A stretch of DNA of 63,610 bases, filler included, from Nitrospinota bacterium (GCA_030620925.1; 14 parts of 14 records of this genome joined end to end with filler, not necessarily neighbours in it), one strand, 5' to 3'; shown: positions 40,721 through 51,932, counted from the first letter of the whole stretch. Notes: generated by a model from the sequence alone, not told the origin. Program-made: numbers and translations.

Positions 40721-41371
40721 TTGTGGTTTTTTTAGCTCTCTTTAGAAAATTTCTACTTTGGTTTACTAAGGAGCAGGCTCGTGAGACCCGCCATAATCTA
40801 TTGACTATTTTCCATAACTTATATCATACGTTCTATGTTGTTTAACATATGCTAAAATAATACGTTTTCCATACTTTCCAACCTTATAATTTAGCAAACC
40901 CTTTTATTTCGTTTATTTAGATACGAATTTATTTCCAGTTTAATTTTAGCCGCCGAGGGACGAAAAAAATATATGGTCATTGAAGGCGTAACATATTGAA
41001 TATGAAGAGGGTTTTGGGTTGAGTCCGGTTTGCTCAAGTTAAGCGAAAATTCGCCGAAAAAGTGTAAGAATACTTAGATTAGATAGCGCTATCAGCGAAT
41101 TTCCGGGCCGAAATCAATGCAGGCTCTTCACAATCTTTCTGGAAATCAAACCATATAACCATCATGTTTTAAGCTTCATGAGAAAGTCGTTCTCAGGCGC
41201 ACTGCTTTCTTTTGCGCTAGGTATTCGAGGCTGAAAGAGGCGGAGCAGATGCTCATGCACCTGATATGAGCCGTTTAGAAGTTGCGTGAAGGCTGCCACT
41301 CGGAATGCGGGATTGAGGGTGTCGAAGATTTTTCGTATGAAAGCTGATCTCTATAAATTACTCGGTTTTTA

Positions 41372-41448
41372 TGGTACCCCCGGCGTGACTCGAACACGCG
41401 GCACAGGGATTAGGAATCCCTTGCTCTATCCGCCTGAGCTACGGGGGC
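41372..41448 (-). tRNA. tRNA-Arg(CCT)
   Basis: GCCCCCGTAGCTCAG...AGGGA-TTCCTAA-TCCCT...GTTCGAGTC...GGGGGTACCA. Confidence 0.96.
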
Positions 41449-41585
41449 ACCTTTTAATATTCACCGGTCGCGGAGGGTAGGATGGGAATGGAGTCTTCGG
41501 TATCCAATCGGATGTCCATGATGAATACAGCCTTCCTCAAATCTTACTCTTAACACCACTGGAAGTCTCTGTCAACATCCGGTTA

Positions 41586-41631
41586 ATAAAAAATTTCGCG
41601 GCCGGGTTTATCCGCACCGGCCGCGAAGTTT
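41586..41631 (-). terminator. Intrinsic terminator
   Basis: TTCGCGGCCGG...CCGGCCGCGAA stem followed by a T-run on the minus strand. Confidence 0.7.
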
Positions 41632-41740
41632 GCGTTCCTTGATAGCAAGAGAGCTATCCGCTTTTCCCCTTGCAAGCTTGTTAATATCGAAAATTGATGA
41701 AGCGACCCGAGCCTCCTTCAATTATTCTTTGGCTCGACGA

Positions 41741-42232
41741 CTATCTCACTTTTTTTGGAGCCTGCAGCGGTATCTTCGGGCGCTGTAATTTTTTCATGGG
41801 AGTCGGATATGAGATACGAAGGGCGCAGTCTGCTTTAACGCGGGCATTGTTGTTTCTGACGGTTACGATGTAATCCGTGCTCAGATTCAATTCTTCCGCA
41901 CTCACGTTATGCTGAAGAGTCAGAGAATTCATGAAATATTTGTAGGCCATGTTATGCAGTTGTTTATTGTGGTCCTTTTTGTAGATGATAACGAAAAGCG
42001 GATTTGCCTTCAGTTCACGTCCCTCCGGCATATTGATCTCGTTTTCGCAGGTGATGTTCGCCGTGAGGGCTCCCGGGGTTTTCACCTCGATGGGGAAACT
42101 GAAAAAATACACAGTGCCGCTGGGCAGCTGGAAGGTATGGTTTTCCACACCCGCCTGCAGGGCCGGGATGCCCAGAATTGCCGAGAGGATAATAGCGCAG
42201 CCGAGTATTAGTGTCCGCTTTGCCGTTTTCAT
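41741..42232 (-). CDS. Exported hypothetical protein
   Basis: SD GGAGG, Sec signal peptide MKTAKRTLILGCAIILSAILGIPALQA, beta-rich mature part, basic Pro-rich tail. Confidence 0.75.
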   Translation of the reverse strand: MKTAKRTLILGCAIILSAILGIPALQAGVENHTFQLPSGTVYFFSFPIEVKTPGALTANITCENEINMPEGRELKANPLFVIIYKKDHNKQLHNMAYKYFMNSLTLQHNVSAEELNLSTDYIVTVRNNNARVKADCALRISYPTPMKKLQRPKIPLQAPKKVR

Positions 42233-42583
42233 AGTAAAACCTCCCTCTGAAAAATGGTTTAAGGGCGAGGCACTATCCATTCACCCTACATGTTCTGGAA
42301 TCGCACAGGAAGTGAATCCAAGCGACAAAAATACACGGTCTCCCGGGAATCGGATTAGGCCTGGCCGAGGAAACCGGGCAAAAAAATCACTCAGGGCCGT
42401 TTTTAAAACAACCCCACATTCCCCATCTCCGGTTGAGCACATTTTGGGAACCTTGCCTGCCGGTTGGTCTATGTAACGGCAGTTGTTCTCAAAAAGTTAA
42501 GAGCTTTGGGAGAATAAGGGTCACCCAGGCATCCAGGCGAACCCTCCGCCAGAAGGGTTCGCTATAAAGGATTAATTCGGAGG

Positions 42584-43660
42584 TTAAATTGTAAAGGTGC
42601 GGTCCTTTTCCCTGCTGATATCCATAAAGAGGTTGGGGATATCCTTGGAAGGCTCCCCGAACTCCTCTTCCGGTATTCTTAGGAAGGAGATGGACTCCGA
42701 GGGACAGGGCGAAACGCAGAGGCCGCAGCCGATGCAGCGTTCCTTATCGACCACGGCGTAATCGTCGTCGCAGGTGATGGCCCCCACCTGGCATCGATCC
42801 ACGCATATCTCGCAGGCGGTGCAGGAATCGGCGTCGATTTCGGCGTAGAAATTGGATTTGGCCACTGCCTCGGGGTGATTGTGTTCGTTGATACCACGCA
42901 GGATGCCGCAGCAACAGCCGCAGCAGTTACAGATGGCCCGATGGTCGGAAAAAGTGTTCATGGAGCAGTGCACGAGGCCCGCCTCTTCGGCCTCATCGAG
43001 AAGTTTCTTAGCCTCCTCCTTGGACACCTCTCGCGCCAGTTCGTTCTCTATATAGAAATCAGCAATTTCGGAGAACATCATGCAGGCGTTCACCGGTTTG
43101 TCGCAGCCTTCGTCCAGCAGTTTCTTCTCCACGCGGCAGATGCAGTCGGCCACGGCAACTTTGGTGGCCCGTTCGATCATTCCCGCAACGCTTTCATAGG
43201 GGAAGACCTCCAACTGGGTCGGAATCTCCTTTTCGGTCGGGATAACCTTGAAATAGGGCCTCTTAATGGCGAAAACTTCCCTGGTCAAACCCTGGCGAGT
43301 ATATTCCTCATGCATCTCCACAAATTCTCTATCCAGGTTTCCCAGCTGGAGCTCATAGATACCGGGCACATAGGGCAAAATGCTGTAGGCCAGGCTCTCC
43401 CCACGGCGGGTGCGGTATATGCCCCCTTTTATTGAGAGTGCGTAAAGCTTATCAGCGAGCTCGGCCTCATCCGAACCCGTCCTGGAGGCGATTTTATCCG
43501 GCGTCTCGGGCAGTAGCTTCAGCTCCAGCGCCAGACCGGCCTCTTCTTCGGTATAAATCTTTTTGAGTATCTTGATCTCCACCCCGCTGTCCGTTTTGGG
43601 GTAACCTATGGCCAGTGTGTCCAGCCTTTCGCGCAGTTTTTCGTAAACGTTTTCAGCCAT
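42584..43660 (-). CDS. 4Fe-4S dicluster (ferredoxin-like) protein
   Basis: C.CR, C...P...C, GLVH, ICNCCGCCC, two CxxCxxCxxxC motifs; SD GGAG before MAENVY. Confidence 0.9.
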   Translation of the reverse strand: MAENVYEKLRERLDTLAIGYPKTDSGVEIKILKKIYTEEEAGLALELKLLPETPDKIASRTGSDEAELADKLYALSIKGGIYRTRRGESLAYSILPYVPGIYELQLGNLDREFVEMHEEYTRQGLTREVFAIKRPYFKVIPTEKEIPTQLEVFPYESVAGMIERATKVAVADCICRVEKKLLDEGCDKPVNACMMFSEIADFYIENELAREVSKEEAKKLLDEAEEAGLVHCSMNTFSDHRAICNCCGCCCGILRGINEHNHPEAVAKSNFYAEIDADSCTACEICVDRCQVGAITCDDDYAVVDKERCIGCGLCVSPCPSESISFLRIPEEEFGEPSKDIPNLFMDISREKDRTFTI

Positions 43661-43908
43661 TACGCCTTTCTCCTTAATTAATGTAGTCAATCGATACCAG
43701 CAGGGCGGGTTTAATCCCACGGCTCGGGACCGCCCCTGCTACTCGGATAATATTAACAGAAATCGACGGGCAGCGTAACTTGAAAATATGGCAATAAGTC
43801 ACTAAAGATGAGAACATATTGAATCGAATAGTAAGGTAAAGAGGCAAAACAAAATGAACGAATACCATAAACGAAATATCTACATAAAGAAGGAAGGAGG
43901 TAAAAGGC

Positions 43909-44163
43909 ATGATCAATGTAGCCCACAAAGTCTTGCCTGATGAATCTCAGGTGTTCTTAAACCACCTTCTGATTTGCGGTGAATACCGGCACAATGTGAT
44001 AGACAAGGCGAAGGTAATTAGTGACCCTCTGATTTCTGATGAATACCTGCTTACTATGATAGACCAGGCAAGGATAATTAGAGACCCTCTGGTTTCCGAT
44101 GAATACCTTCTTATTGCGACTGAAATGGAAGAAATTAGAGAGCTTCTGATTTCCGGCAATTAG
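43909..44163 (+). CDS. Small protein built from ~20-aa tandem repeats
   Basis: Strong SD AAGGAGG; 60-nt tandem duplication preserving the frame. Confidence 0.55.
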   Translation: MINVAHKVLPDESQVFLNHLLICGEYRHNVIDKAKVISDPLISDEYLLTMIDQARIIRDPLVSDEYLLIATEMEEIRELLISGN

Positions 44164-44284
44164 GAGACCGACCACGGCCAAGGGTGGTGAGATGAACTCA
44201 AACGGCAGTAAAAGTGAATGGAAATTTAGCTGAATTAAGTTAGAGAAAAATCCTTTAGAGATTGGATTTCACCGGCCAGGGCTG

Positions 44285-44620
44285 TCATCCTATTTTCCCA
44301 CCCGGAGGCACGTCCTCATCCGGCCGGATCAAGACCACCTCATCATCATCCAACACCACCCCCAGCACCAGCACTTCCGACATAAAATTCGCTATCTGAC
44401 GGGGCGGAAAATTCACCACCGCCAGGATGAGTCTCCCCATCAGGTTTTCTTTGCTGTAAAGCCGGGTGATCCGGGCGCTGGATTTCTTTACTCCCAGGCT
44501 CCCGAAATCTATCCAGAGCTTATAGGCAGGTTTTCGCGCCTCGGGAAAATCCTCAACCTCAGTGATTTTACCGACGCGTATATCCACCTTTTCAAATTGA
44601 TCGTAAGTTATTTGTGCCAT
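44285..44620 (-). CDS. csaA: CsaA tRNA-binding / export-related chaperone
   Basis: F.KVDIRVG.I, ARKPAYKL.IDFG, SSA.IT, VVNFPPRQIANF.SEVLVLG. Confidence 0.93.
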   Translation of the reverse strand: MAQITYDQFEKVDIRVGKITEVEDFPEARKPAYKLWIDFGSLGVKKSSARITRLYSKENLMGRLILAVVNFPPRQIANFMSEVLVLGVVLDDDEVVLIRPDEDVPPGGKIG

Positions 44621-44668
44621 GGTTGTCTATTAAACGGCGAAGAGCCGATCCTTTTCCTTGTAATCTTT

Positions 44669-46833
44669 TTATTTATTGCTGGAAGCCTCTCTTATAATTT
44701 CGTGCAAAATTTCCCTTTCTTTATCATTTACCTTTCTACCGGTCTCCTTGTATTTGCTTTCTATTTCGATCAAAAGCTCGATTTTATCTCTAACGATTTC
44801 GATTTGTTTGACTGCGAGAAGGGCACAGTCATATTGACCAGCCTCCGCACACTTGACGGCTATTTTGTTCAACAACCAGGGTTTGTCCTTGGAATCCTCT
44901 ATTGATCCGACTGCCTGAAGGGCCCGATTGTATTCTCCGACGTTAACATATACGAGAGCTATTTCGCTCAACACCCAGGTTTTGCCATCATCTTCCATTT
45001 TTTCGGCTGCCTGAAGGGCCCAATCGTATTCTCCAGCCCTGGCATATCCGAGTTCTTTTTCGCCCGACAACATGTCTCTTTCGAGAGCTATTTTGCTCAA
45101 CAACATGGCTCTGATATCAGCATCCTCTATTGTTTCGGCTGCCTGGAGGGCCAGGGATAATACCTCGGAAGCTTTATCCTTTTCGCCGACCTCAGCATAT
45201 CCGAGAGCTATTTTGCTCAACACCCTGGCTCTGATATCAGCATCCTCTATTGTTTCGGCTGCCTGGAGGGCCAGGGATAATACCTCGGAAGCTTTATCCT
45301 TTTCTCCGACCCTGGCATATCCGAAAGCTATTTCGCTCAACACACTGGCTCTGATATCAGCATCCTCTATTTTTTCGGCTGTCTGAAGGGCCAGGAAGAA
45401 TAACTTAGAAGCTTTATCTTTTTCTCCGACCTCAGCATATTCGAAAGCTATTACGGTCAACATGATGGCTTTGATATTAGTATCCTCTATTGTTTCGGAT
45501 ACCTGAAGGGCCAGATCGTATTCTCCTGCCTCAATATATATGTCAGCCATTTCGCTCAACACACGGGCTTTGCTATTAGTATCCCTTATTGTTTCGGCTG
45601 TCTCAATGGCCAGGAATAATATCTTGGAAGCTTTACCCTTGTCTCCGACCTCAGCATATTCGAAAGCTATTATACTCAACACCATAGCTCTGATATCAGC
45701 ATCCTCTATTTTGTCGGCTGTCTCAATGGCCAGATCGTATTCTCCAGCCTCAATATATATGCCAGCCATTTCGCTCAACACGCGGGCTTTGCTATTAGTA
45801 TCCTCTATTGTTTCGGATACTTGAAGGGCCCGATCGTATTCTCCTGCCTTAATATATCCGAGAGCTATTAGGCTCAACACCTTGGCTCTGATATCAGCAG
45901 CCTCTATTTTGTCGGCTGCCTGAAGGACTTGATCGTATTCTCCAGCCTCAATATATATGCCAGTTATTTGGCGCAACACACGGTTTTTGCTATTAGTATC
46001 CTCTATTTTGGCGGTGGCCTGAAGGGCCAGGAAGAATACCTCAGAAGCTTTATCCTTTTCTCCGACCTTAGTATATCCGCGAGCTATTTCTCTCAACACG
46101 CGGGCTTTGCTATTAGCATCCTCTATTTTGTCGACTACCTGAAGGGCCCGACCGTATTCGCCGGCCTCAATATATCCGAAAGCTATTACGCCCAACATCC
46201 TGGCTTTGCTATCAGCATCCTCTATTTTGGCGGTGGCCTGAAGGGCCAGGAAGAATACCTCAGAAGCTTTATCCTTTTCTCCGACCCTGGCATATACGTG
46301 ACCTATTACGCTCAACACCCTGGCTCTGCTATCAGCGCCCTCTATTTTGTCGACTACCTGAAGGGCCCGATCGTATTCGCCGGCCCCGGCATATCCGCGA
46401 GCTATTTTTCTCAACACGCGGGCTTTGCTATCAGCAGCCTCTATTTTTTCGGCTGCCTGAAGGGCCAGGAAGAATACCTCAGAAGCTTTATCCTTTTCTC
46501 CGACCTTAGTATATCCGTGAGCTATTTCTTTCAACACCCAGGTTTTGCTATCAGCATCCTCTATTTTTTCGGCTGCTTGAAGGGCCAGGGATAATACCCC
46601 GGAAGCTTTATCTTTTTCTCCGGCTTGCGCATACCTGAAAGCTATTTCGATCAACATCCCGGCTTTGCTATCAGCATCCTCTATTTTTTCGGCTGCTTGA
46701 AGGACCAGGGATAATACCCCGGAAGCTTTATCTTTTTCTCCGACCTTTGCATAACTGCGAGCTATTTCTCTCAACACCGTGGCTTTGCTATCAGCATCCT
46801 CTATTTTTTCGGCTGCCTGAAGGGCCAGGAAGA
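44669..46833 (-). CDS. TPR-like alpha-helical repeat protein (5' truncated)
   Basis: At least 18 units of 40 aa or 33 aa; frame open to the contig edge. Confidence 0.9.
44800..46833. repeat. Coding tandem-repeat array of 120-bp and 99-bp units
   Basis: For example 45121-45180 is identical to 45241-45300; TCAGCATCCTCTATT recurs through the array. Confidence 0.92.
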
Positions 46834-46933
46834 NNNNNNNNNNNNNNNNNNNNNNNNNNNNNNNNNNNNNNNNNNNNTTAATTAATTAANNNNNNNNNNN
46901 NNNNNNNNNNNNNNNNNNNNNNNNNNNNNNNNN

Positions 46934-48094
46934 TCTCTGCCGGTGATCTTTACTGAGGATACCACAACCGCCCTGCAAAACCTGGCGCTCCACGTGAGAG
47001 AAAAAAACCCGATACCCATCATCGCAGTAACCGGCTCTAACGGAAAAACGACCACCAAGGAATTCATCGCTGGTATACTTGAACAGAGATACGCCGTGCT
47101 AAAAAATCAAGGCAACCTCAACAACCTTATCGGCCTCCCTCTGAGCCTGCTTCGGCTGGACAGCGAACACAAGGCTGCGGTGCTGGAGATGGGCATGAAC
47201 TCACCCGGCGAAATCGCTCGCCTGAGCCAGATCGCAAAACCCAACGTGGGAGTTATCACCAACGTGAGTGCCTCCCACCTGGACGGCCTGGGGAGCATGC
47301 AAAAGTTACTCGATGCCAAGGGGGAGCTGGTCGATTCCCTGGGCTGCGAGGATACGGTGGTTATAAATATGGCTGATGACATGTGCTCTCAGCTCGCCCT
47401 CAGGGCGAAGAGCAGGCTTATCACCTTCGGCAACGGCCCGGGCTGCACCGTGAGCTGCAATAAAATAAACAACAAAAAGTCCGGACACGTCGCTTTTGTG
47501 CTGGACATGGGCTTTCAGACCATCCCCGTGGAGTTGAATATTCCCGGCCGCTACAACGCGTTCAATGCTGCCGCGGCGGCGGCCGTGGGGCTGACCATGA
47601 AAATGACGCCCCGGGAAATAAAAGAGGGGCTCGAAGGCTACCACGGCCTGCCCATGAGGTCTGAGATAATCAGGCTGGACCACGACGTAAAGATTTATAA
47701 CGATTGCTATAACGCCAATCCAAAATCCATGGAAGAGGCTCTCAAAACTTTCACCAGTCTCACCCGGAGCAGAAACAGCACGCTCATCCTCGGAGACATG
47801 CTGGAGCTGGGCGAAGGCTCTAAGAAATTTCATTACCAGCTGGGCAGCTTCGCGGCATCCATCCATCAAGGGAAGCTGCTGGCCGTGGGAGGGCACGCGG
47901 GCGACGTGGTGGAGGGAGCGATTAAAGGCGGTCTACCGAAGGAAAAGACGTTCGCCGTTGGAAGCGCGGAGGAGGCGGCGGAACTTATCCCCCAGTTGGT
48001 GGATAAGGGCCAGTGGGTCATGGTAAAGGGCTCCAGGGGAATCGGCCTGGAAAAAGTGGTTGAACGACTGGAAAAACTTATCGGGGACGACTGA
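46934..48094 (+). CDS. murF: UDP-MurNAc-tripeptide--D-Ala-D-Ala ligase (5' truncated)
   Basis: [48 protein letters not shown]. Confidence 0.96.
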   Translation, partial: SLPVIFTEDTTTALQNLALHVREKNPIPIIAVTGSNGKTTTKEFIAGILEQRYAVLKNQGNLNNLIGLPLSLLRLDSEHKAAVLEMGMNSPGEIARLSQIAKPNVGVITNVSASHLDGLGSMQKLLDAKGELVDSLGCEDTVVINMADDMCSQLALRAKSRLITFGNGPGCTVSCNKINNKKSGHVAFVLDMGFQTIPVELNIPGRYNAFNAAAAAAVGLTMKMTPREIKEGLEGYHGLPMRSEIIRLDHDVKIYNDCYNANPKSMEEALKTFTSLTRSRNSTLILGDMLELGEGSKKFHYQLGSFAASIHQGKLLAVGGHAGDVVEGAIKGGLPKEKTFAVGSAEEAAELIPQLVDKGQWVMVKGSRGIGLEKVVERLEKLIGDD

Positions 48095-49179
48095 TGCTCT
48101 ACCATCTACTCTACCCTCTTCATGAAATCTATTCGTTCTTCAACGTTTTCAGGTATATCACCTTCAGGACCGCATACGCGGTCATTACCGCCCTGATCAT
48201 TAGCTTCATCATCGGGCCCTGGGTGATCGCCTGGCTCAAGAAGAGCGAGATAGGGGAAACCATCCGCAAGGACGGACCCAAGACCCATTATGTGAAAGAA
48301 GGCACCCCCACCATGGGGGGCATCCAGATACTCATCGCCTGCATCATTCCCACCCTCTTGTGGGCCGACTTGACCAACAAATTCATCTGGCTGGTGATAT
48401 TATCCACGGTGGGGTTCGGAGTGGTGGGTTTCATCGATGACTACCTGAAAATAAGAGACAAGAACAGCCAGGGTTTTAGAGCTCGGTATAAGCTATTGGT
48501 GCAGACGGGGGCGGGTTTGGGGATGGCCATGCTCTTCTACTATCAGTTTGCCGGAACACCCGGCCTCACCCAGCTAAGCTTCCCTTTCTTCAAAAACTTT
48601 CTGCCCGACCTGGGCTGGATATACTTCTCCATCATGGTCCTGGTGGTGGTGGGCACCACCAACGCCGTGAACCTCACCGACGGCCTGGACGGCCTGGCCA
48701 TAGGGCCCATAATTATCGCCACCATGACTTACGCCATCATAGCATACGTGGTAGGCCACGCCAAGTTCGCCGACTATTTGAACATAATCTACGTCCCGGG
48801 AGTCGGGGAGTTGGCCGTTTTTTGCGGAGCGATTGTGGGCGCGGGGTTGGGATTTCTCTGGTTCAACTCTTACCCGGCACAGGTGTTTATGGGCAACGTG
48901 GGCTCCATGTCTCTGGGGGGAGCGCTGGCCGCCGTGGCTGTCGCCACAAAGCATGAGCTGGTGCTGGTGCTGGTGGGGGGCGTCTTTTTCATCGAGACCG
49001 TCTCGGTGATACTGCAAGTGGCCTCCTATCGGCTGACCGGTAAGCGTATTTTCAGGATGGCCCCCCTCCATCACCACTTTGAGGAGAAGGGGTGGTCGGA
49101 ACCGAAGATAATAGTCCGTTTCTGGATACTGGCCATAGTCCTGGCCCTTATCGGGCTCAGCACGCTGAAGTTAAGGTAA
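48094..49179 (+). CDS. mraY: Phospho-MurNAc-pentapeptide transferase
   Basis: [35 protein letters not shown]. Confidence 0.98.
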   Translation: MLYHLLYPLHEIYSFFNVFRYITFRTAYAVITALIISFIIGPWVIAWLKKSEIGETIRKDGPKTHYVKEGTPTMGGIQILIACIIPTLLWADLTNKFIWLVILSTVGFGVVGFIDDYLKIRDKNSQGFRARYKLLVQTGAGLGMAMLFYYQFAGTPGLTQLSFPFFKNFLPDLGWIYFSIMVLVVVGTTNAVNLTDGLDGLAIGPIIIATMTYAIIAYVVGHAKFADYLNIIYVPGVGELAVFCGAIVGAGLGFLWFNSYPAQVFMGNVGSMSLGGALAAVAVATKHELVLVLVGGVFFIETVSVILQVASYRLTGKRIFRMAPLHHHFEEKGWSEPKIIVRFWILAIVLALIGLSTLKLR

Positions 49180-50556
49180 ATGAAAGAACAGAAGGCGCGC
49201 TTCAAAGATCGCAGGGTCACCGTGGTGGGATTGGCCCGCTCCGGTCTCGCCGCCGCAAACCTCCTCCAGGGGCTGGGGGCCAGAGTCACGGTGAGCGACA
49301 TCAAGACCTCGGAAGAGCTTTCGCAGTACCTCGGCGCCATTCATCCCCAGGTGAAGCTGGAGCTGGGCGGGCACAACGAAGCCAGCTTCCTCGAGGCACA
49401 GACCATCGTGATCAGCCCCGGAGTGCCGTGGGACCAGCCGCTGCTGGCCAAAGCGAGGAGCTCAGGGGTGGCAATCATCAGCGAATTGGAGTTTGCCTCG
49501 GAGCTGACCGAGGCGCCGATCATGGCGGTTACCGGCACCAACGGCAAGAGCACTACCACCGTGCTGGTGGGAGAGATGCTAAAGGCGGCGGGGAAAAAGG
49601 TCTCCGTGGGCGGCAACCTGGGCCACCCCATGGTGGAGATGGTGCAGGCCGGGAAAACGGACTATCTGGTGGTGGAAGTGAGCAGCTTTCAACTGGAAGG
49701 TATTGTTTCTTTCAGGCCCCACCTGGCCTTGATGCTCAATATCTCCCCCGACCACCTGGACAGACATACGAACCTGGAAAATTATCTGGAGGCCAAGAAA
49801 CGCATCTACCTCAACATGGGGGCCGGGGATTACCTGATAGTAAATGGAGACCAGGAACAGTTGGCCGGGTTCGGTGCGGGCTGCATGGCGCAAAAAATGA
49901 CCTTCTCCCGCAGGCAAGGGGTGGAGCAGGGGGTTTTCATAAAGAGCGGATGGATATTCTCCCGGCTGGGAGACAAAGACCGGAAAATCATAAAAGCGGA
50001 TAAAATCCGTATAAAGGGGATGCACAACCTCGAAAACGCTCTGGCCGCGGTCGCCGCCGCCGGAACCTGCGGGGTCGGACCGGCGGCCATACGGGAAGTG
50101 CTTAAAAGCTTCGAGGGGCTCCCCCACAGACTGGAACAGGTACTCACGCTGGACGGAGTCCTCTACGTTAACGATTCCAAGGGAACCAACGTGGGTGCGG
50201 TGGTAAAATCGCTGGAGAGTTTTCAGGACTCCATCATCCTCATTGCAGGCGGTAAGGACAAGGGCGGAGACTACGCCCCCTTGCGGAGAGCATCAGAGGG
50301 AAAAGTTAAAAAGGCCATTCTCATAGGTGAGGCCGGAGACAGGATAGCCGCTTCCCTGGAGGGTGCGGTGGAAACGATTTCCGCCACGGATATGAGGGAG
50401 GCTGTCCGGGCCGCACATTGCATTTCCGCTCGGGGAGACGTGGTGTTGCTTTCCCCGGCCTGCTCCAGCTTCGATATGTTCAAAGACTTTGAGGAGCGGG
50501 GGGAAGTATTCAAAAATGCGGTGCATGAACTTCAGGGTGGGAAAGTTCAAATATGA
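49180..50556 (+). CDS. murD: UDP-MurNAc-L-Ala--D-Glu ligase
   Basis: GLARSG, SPG, TGTNGKSTT, EVSSFQL, NDSKGTN, SPACSSFDMF. Confidence 0.97.
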   Translation: MKEQKARFKDRRVTVVGLARSGLAAANLLQGLGARVTVSDIKTSEELSQYLGAIHPQVKLELGGHNEASFLEAQTIVISPGVPWDQPLLAKARSSGVAIISELEFASELTEAPIMAVTGTNGKSTTTVLVGEMLKAAGKKVSVGGNLGHPMVEMVQAGKTDYLVVEVSSFQLEGIVSFRPHLALMLNISPDHLDRHTNLENYLEAKKRIYLNMGAGDYLIVNGDQEQLAGFGAGCMAQKMTFSRRQGVEQGVFIKSGWIFSRLGDKDRKIIKADKIRIKGMHNLENALAAVAAAGTCGVGPAAIREVLKSFEGLPHRLEQVLTLDGVLYVNDSKGTNVGAVVKSLESFQDSIILIAGGKDKGGDYAPLRRASEGKVKKAILIGEAGDRIAASLEGAVETISATDMREAVRAAHCISARGDVVLLSPACSSFDMFKDFEERGEVFKNAVHELQGGKVQI

Positions 50557-50577
50557 GCCCATTCAGGGGTGGGAAGA
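50553..50577 (+). CDS. Start of the next dcw gene (ftsW expected by synteny)
   Basis: ATGA overlap with the murD stop; only 8 codons visible. Confidence 0.35.
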
Positions 50578-50677
50578 NNNNNNNNNNNNNNNNNNNNNNN
50601 NNNNNNNNNNNNNNNNNNNNNTTAATTAATTAANNNNNNNNNNNNNNNNNNNNNNNNNNNNNNNNNNNNNNNNNNNN

Positions 50678-50968
50678 ACAGCCACCGTGCTGGCGTGCAA
50701 GAAACTGCTCGTGCATATAGCCACGGATGTTGGAGCGTCTAAAGAATTTAACTTTTTACAGTATATAGAATATTTAGAAAGAAACCATTTCATACCACCA
50801 AACGGCAGCGATTGGGTCGATCATGTGCGGGAGAAAGGCAACGAGAAGTACTACGAAATAGTAATAATGACCAAACAGGACGCTGAACAGTTACTGACTT
50901 TTGTGGAAATGTTGCTCCGGTTCATCTATGAGTTCCCCTCCAAGCGATTGCCCATCGAAGATATCTAG
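50678..50968 (+). CDS. DUF4145 (HEPN-like) domain protein, C-terminal fragment
   Basis: CKKLL.H.A...GA....F..Y..YL, WVDHVR.KGNE, DAEQLL.F.EMLL.FIYEFP. Confidence 0.75.
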   Translation, partial: TATVLACKKLLVHIATDVGASKEFNFLQYIEYLERNHFIPPNGSDWVDHVREKGNEKYYEIVIMTKQDAEQLLTFVEMLLRFIYEFPSKRLPIEDI

Positions 50969-50975
50969 GCCGCTC

Positions 50976-51932
50976 TCACGTTTTCATTGTCCCGATTCTT
51001 TTATACATGGTTTCCGCCTCGGAGATTATGTCGTCGATTATATCCCTGACGCTTTTTTCCTCCCTGACCAACCCGCAGCCCTGGCCCATGGGTAGAGTTC
51101 CCTGTTCCATGTCGCCTTCGATTATCACCCGGTAACCGCGCCCCAACCCCTCCCGCTGCAATTCTTCTTTTGCCCGCTGACCCTGCTCCTTTTCCCTGGT
51201 CTGCCAGTGCCGGGTGAATTCATTGCTCAGACTGCGCATGGGCGAGCCGGTAACCATACCGGTTACTATCGTGTCCTCTTCCGTAGCTTCCAGGATGCGG
51301 GCCTTGGTGTCGCTGTGCATAATGCTTTCTTTGCTGACCATGAAGCGCGTACCCATCTGTATCCCGCTTGCCCCTAAGCAAAGAGCGGCCAACAGGCCTC
51401 GCCCGTCTCCGATACCGCCCGCCGCCACTACGGGTACACTCACCGCATCCACGATCTGGGGTACCAGAGGCAGGGTGGCTATCTTCCCCACGTGCCCGCC
51501 GGCCTCCGTTCCCATGGCGACTATGATGTCGGCCCCTTCATTTTCCACCCTCCTGGCGAGCCGAACGGAAGGCACCACGCAAATGACGGTTATTCGATGT
51601 TTGTGCAACTCTGAGATTACCGACATTTTGGGGTCGGAAAAGGCGAGGGACACTATTCTAACCCCTTCGTCGGCGATGATCTTGAGGTGGTCGGTAAATT
51701 TTACTCCGGCTATGGGGACTATGTTAACGCCGAAAGGTTTATCCGTGAGCTTGTATGTCTCACGTATCTCATGGACGAGGTCTTCGCCGGGGAGGTTACC
51801 GGCGGCGATGATGCCCAATCCACCGGCGTTGGAGACCGCCGCAGTCAGGTTGTGCTCAGAAACCCAGGCCATCCCCCCCTGTATAATGGGATATTTTATA
51901 CCCAGCATTTTACAAATCGCTGTCTCTAACAT
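50976..51932 (-). CDS. FabK / nitronate monooxygenase family flavoenzyme
   Basis: YPIIQGGMAWV, AVSNAGGLG, EAGGH.G, AAGGI.DGRG, QMGTRF. Confidence 0.93.
   Translation of the reverse strand: MLETAICKMLGIKYPIIQGGMAWVSEHNLTAAVSNAGGLGIIAAGNLPGEDLVHEIRETYKLTDKPFGVNIVPIAGVKFTDHLKIIADEGVRIVSLAFSDPKMSVISELHKHRITVICVVPSVRLARRVENEGADIIVAMGTEAGGHVGKIATLPLVPQIVDAVSVPVVAAGGIGDGRGLLAALCLGASGIQMGTRFMVSKESIMHSDTKARILEATEEDTIVTGMVTGSPMRSLSNEFTRHWQTREKEQGQRAKEELQREGLGRGYRVIIEGDMEQGTLPMGQGCGLVREEKSVRDIIDDIISEAETMYKRIGTMKT

Noticed and set aside
41466-41537. tRNA-like remnant upstream of tRNA-Arg(CCT)
   Set aside because: Only the ends loosely resemble a Ser/Sec tRNA; there is no T-loop (TTCGA) or cloverleaf.
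43950-46833. Tandem repeats as CRISPR arrays
   Set aside because: Unit lengths are multiples of three, in frame and coding, with no unique spacers and no cas genes.
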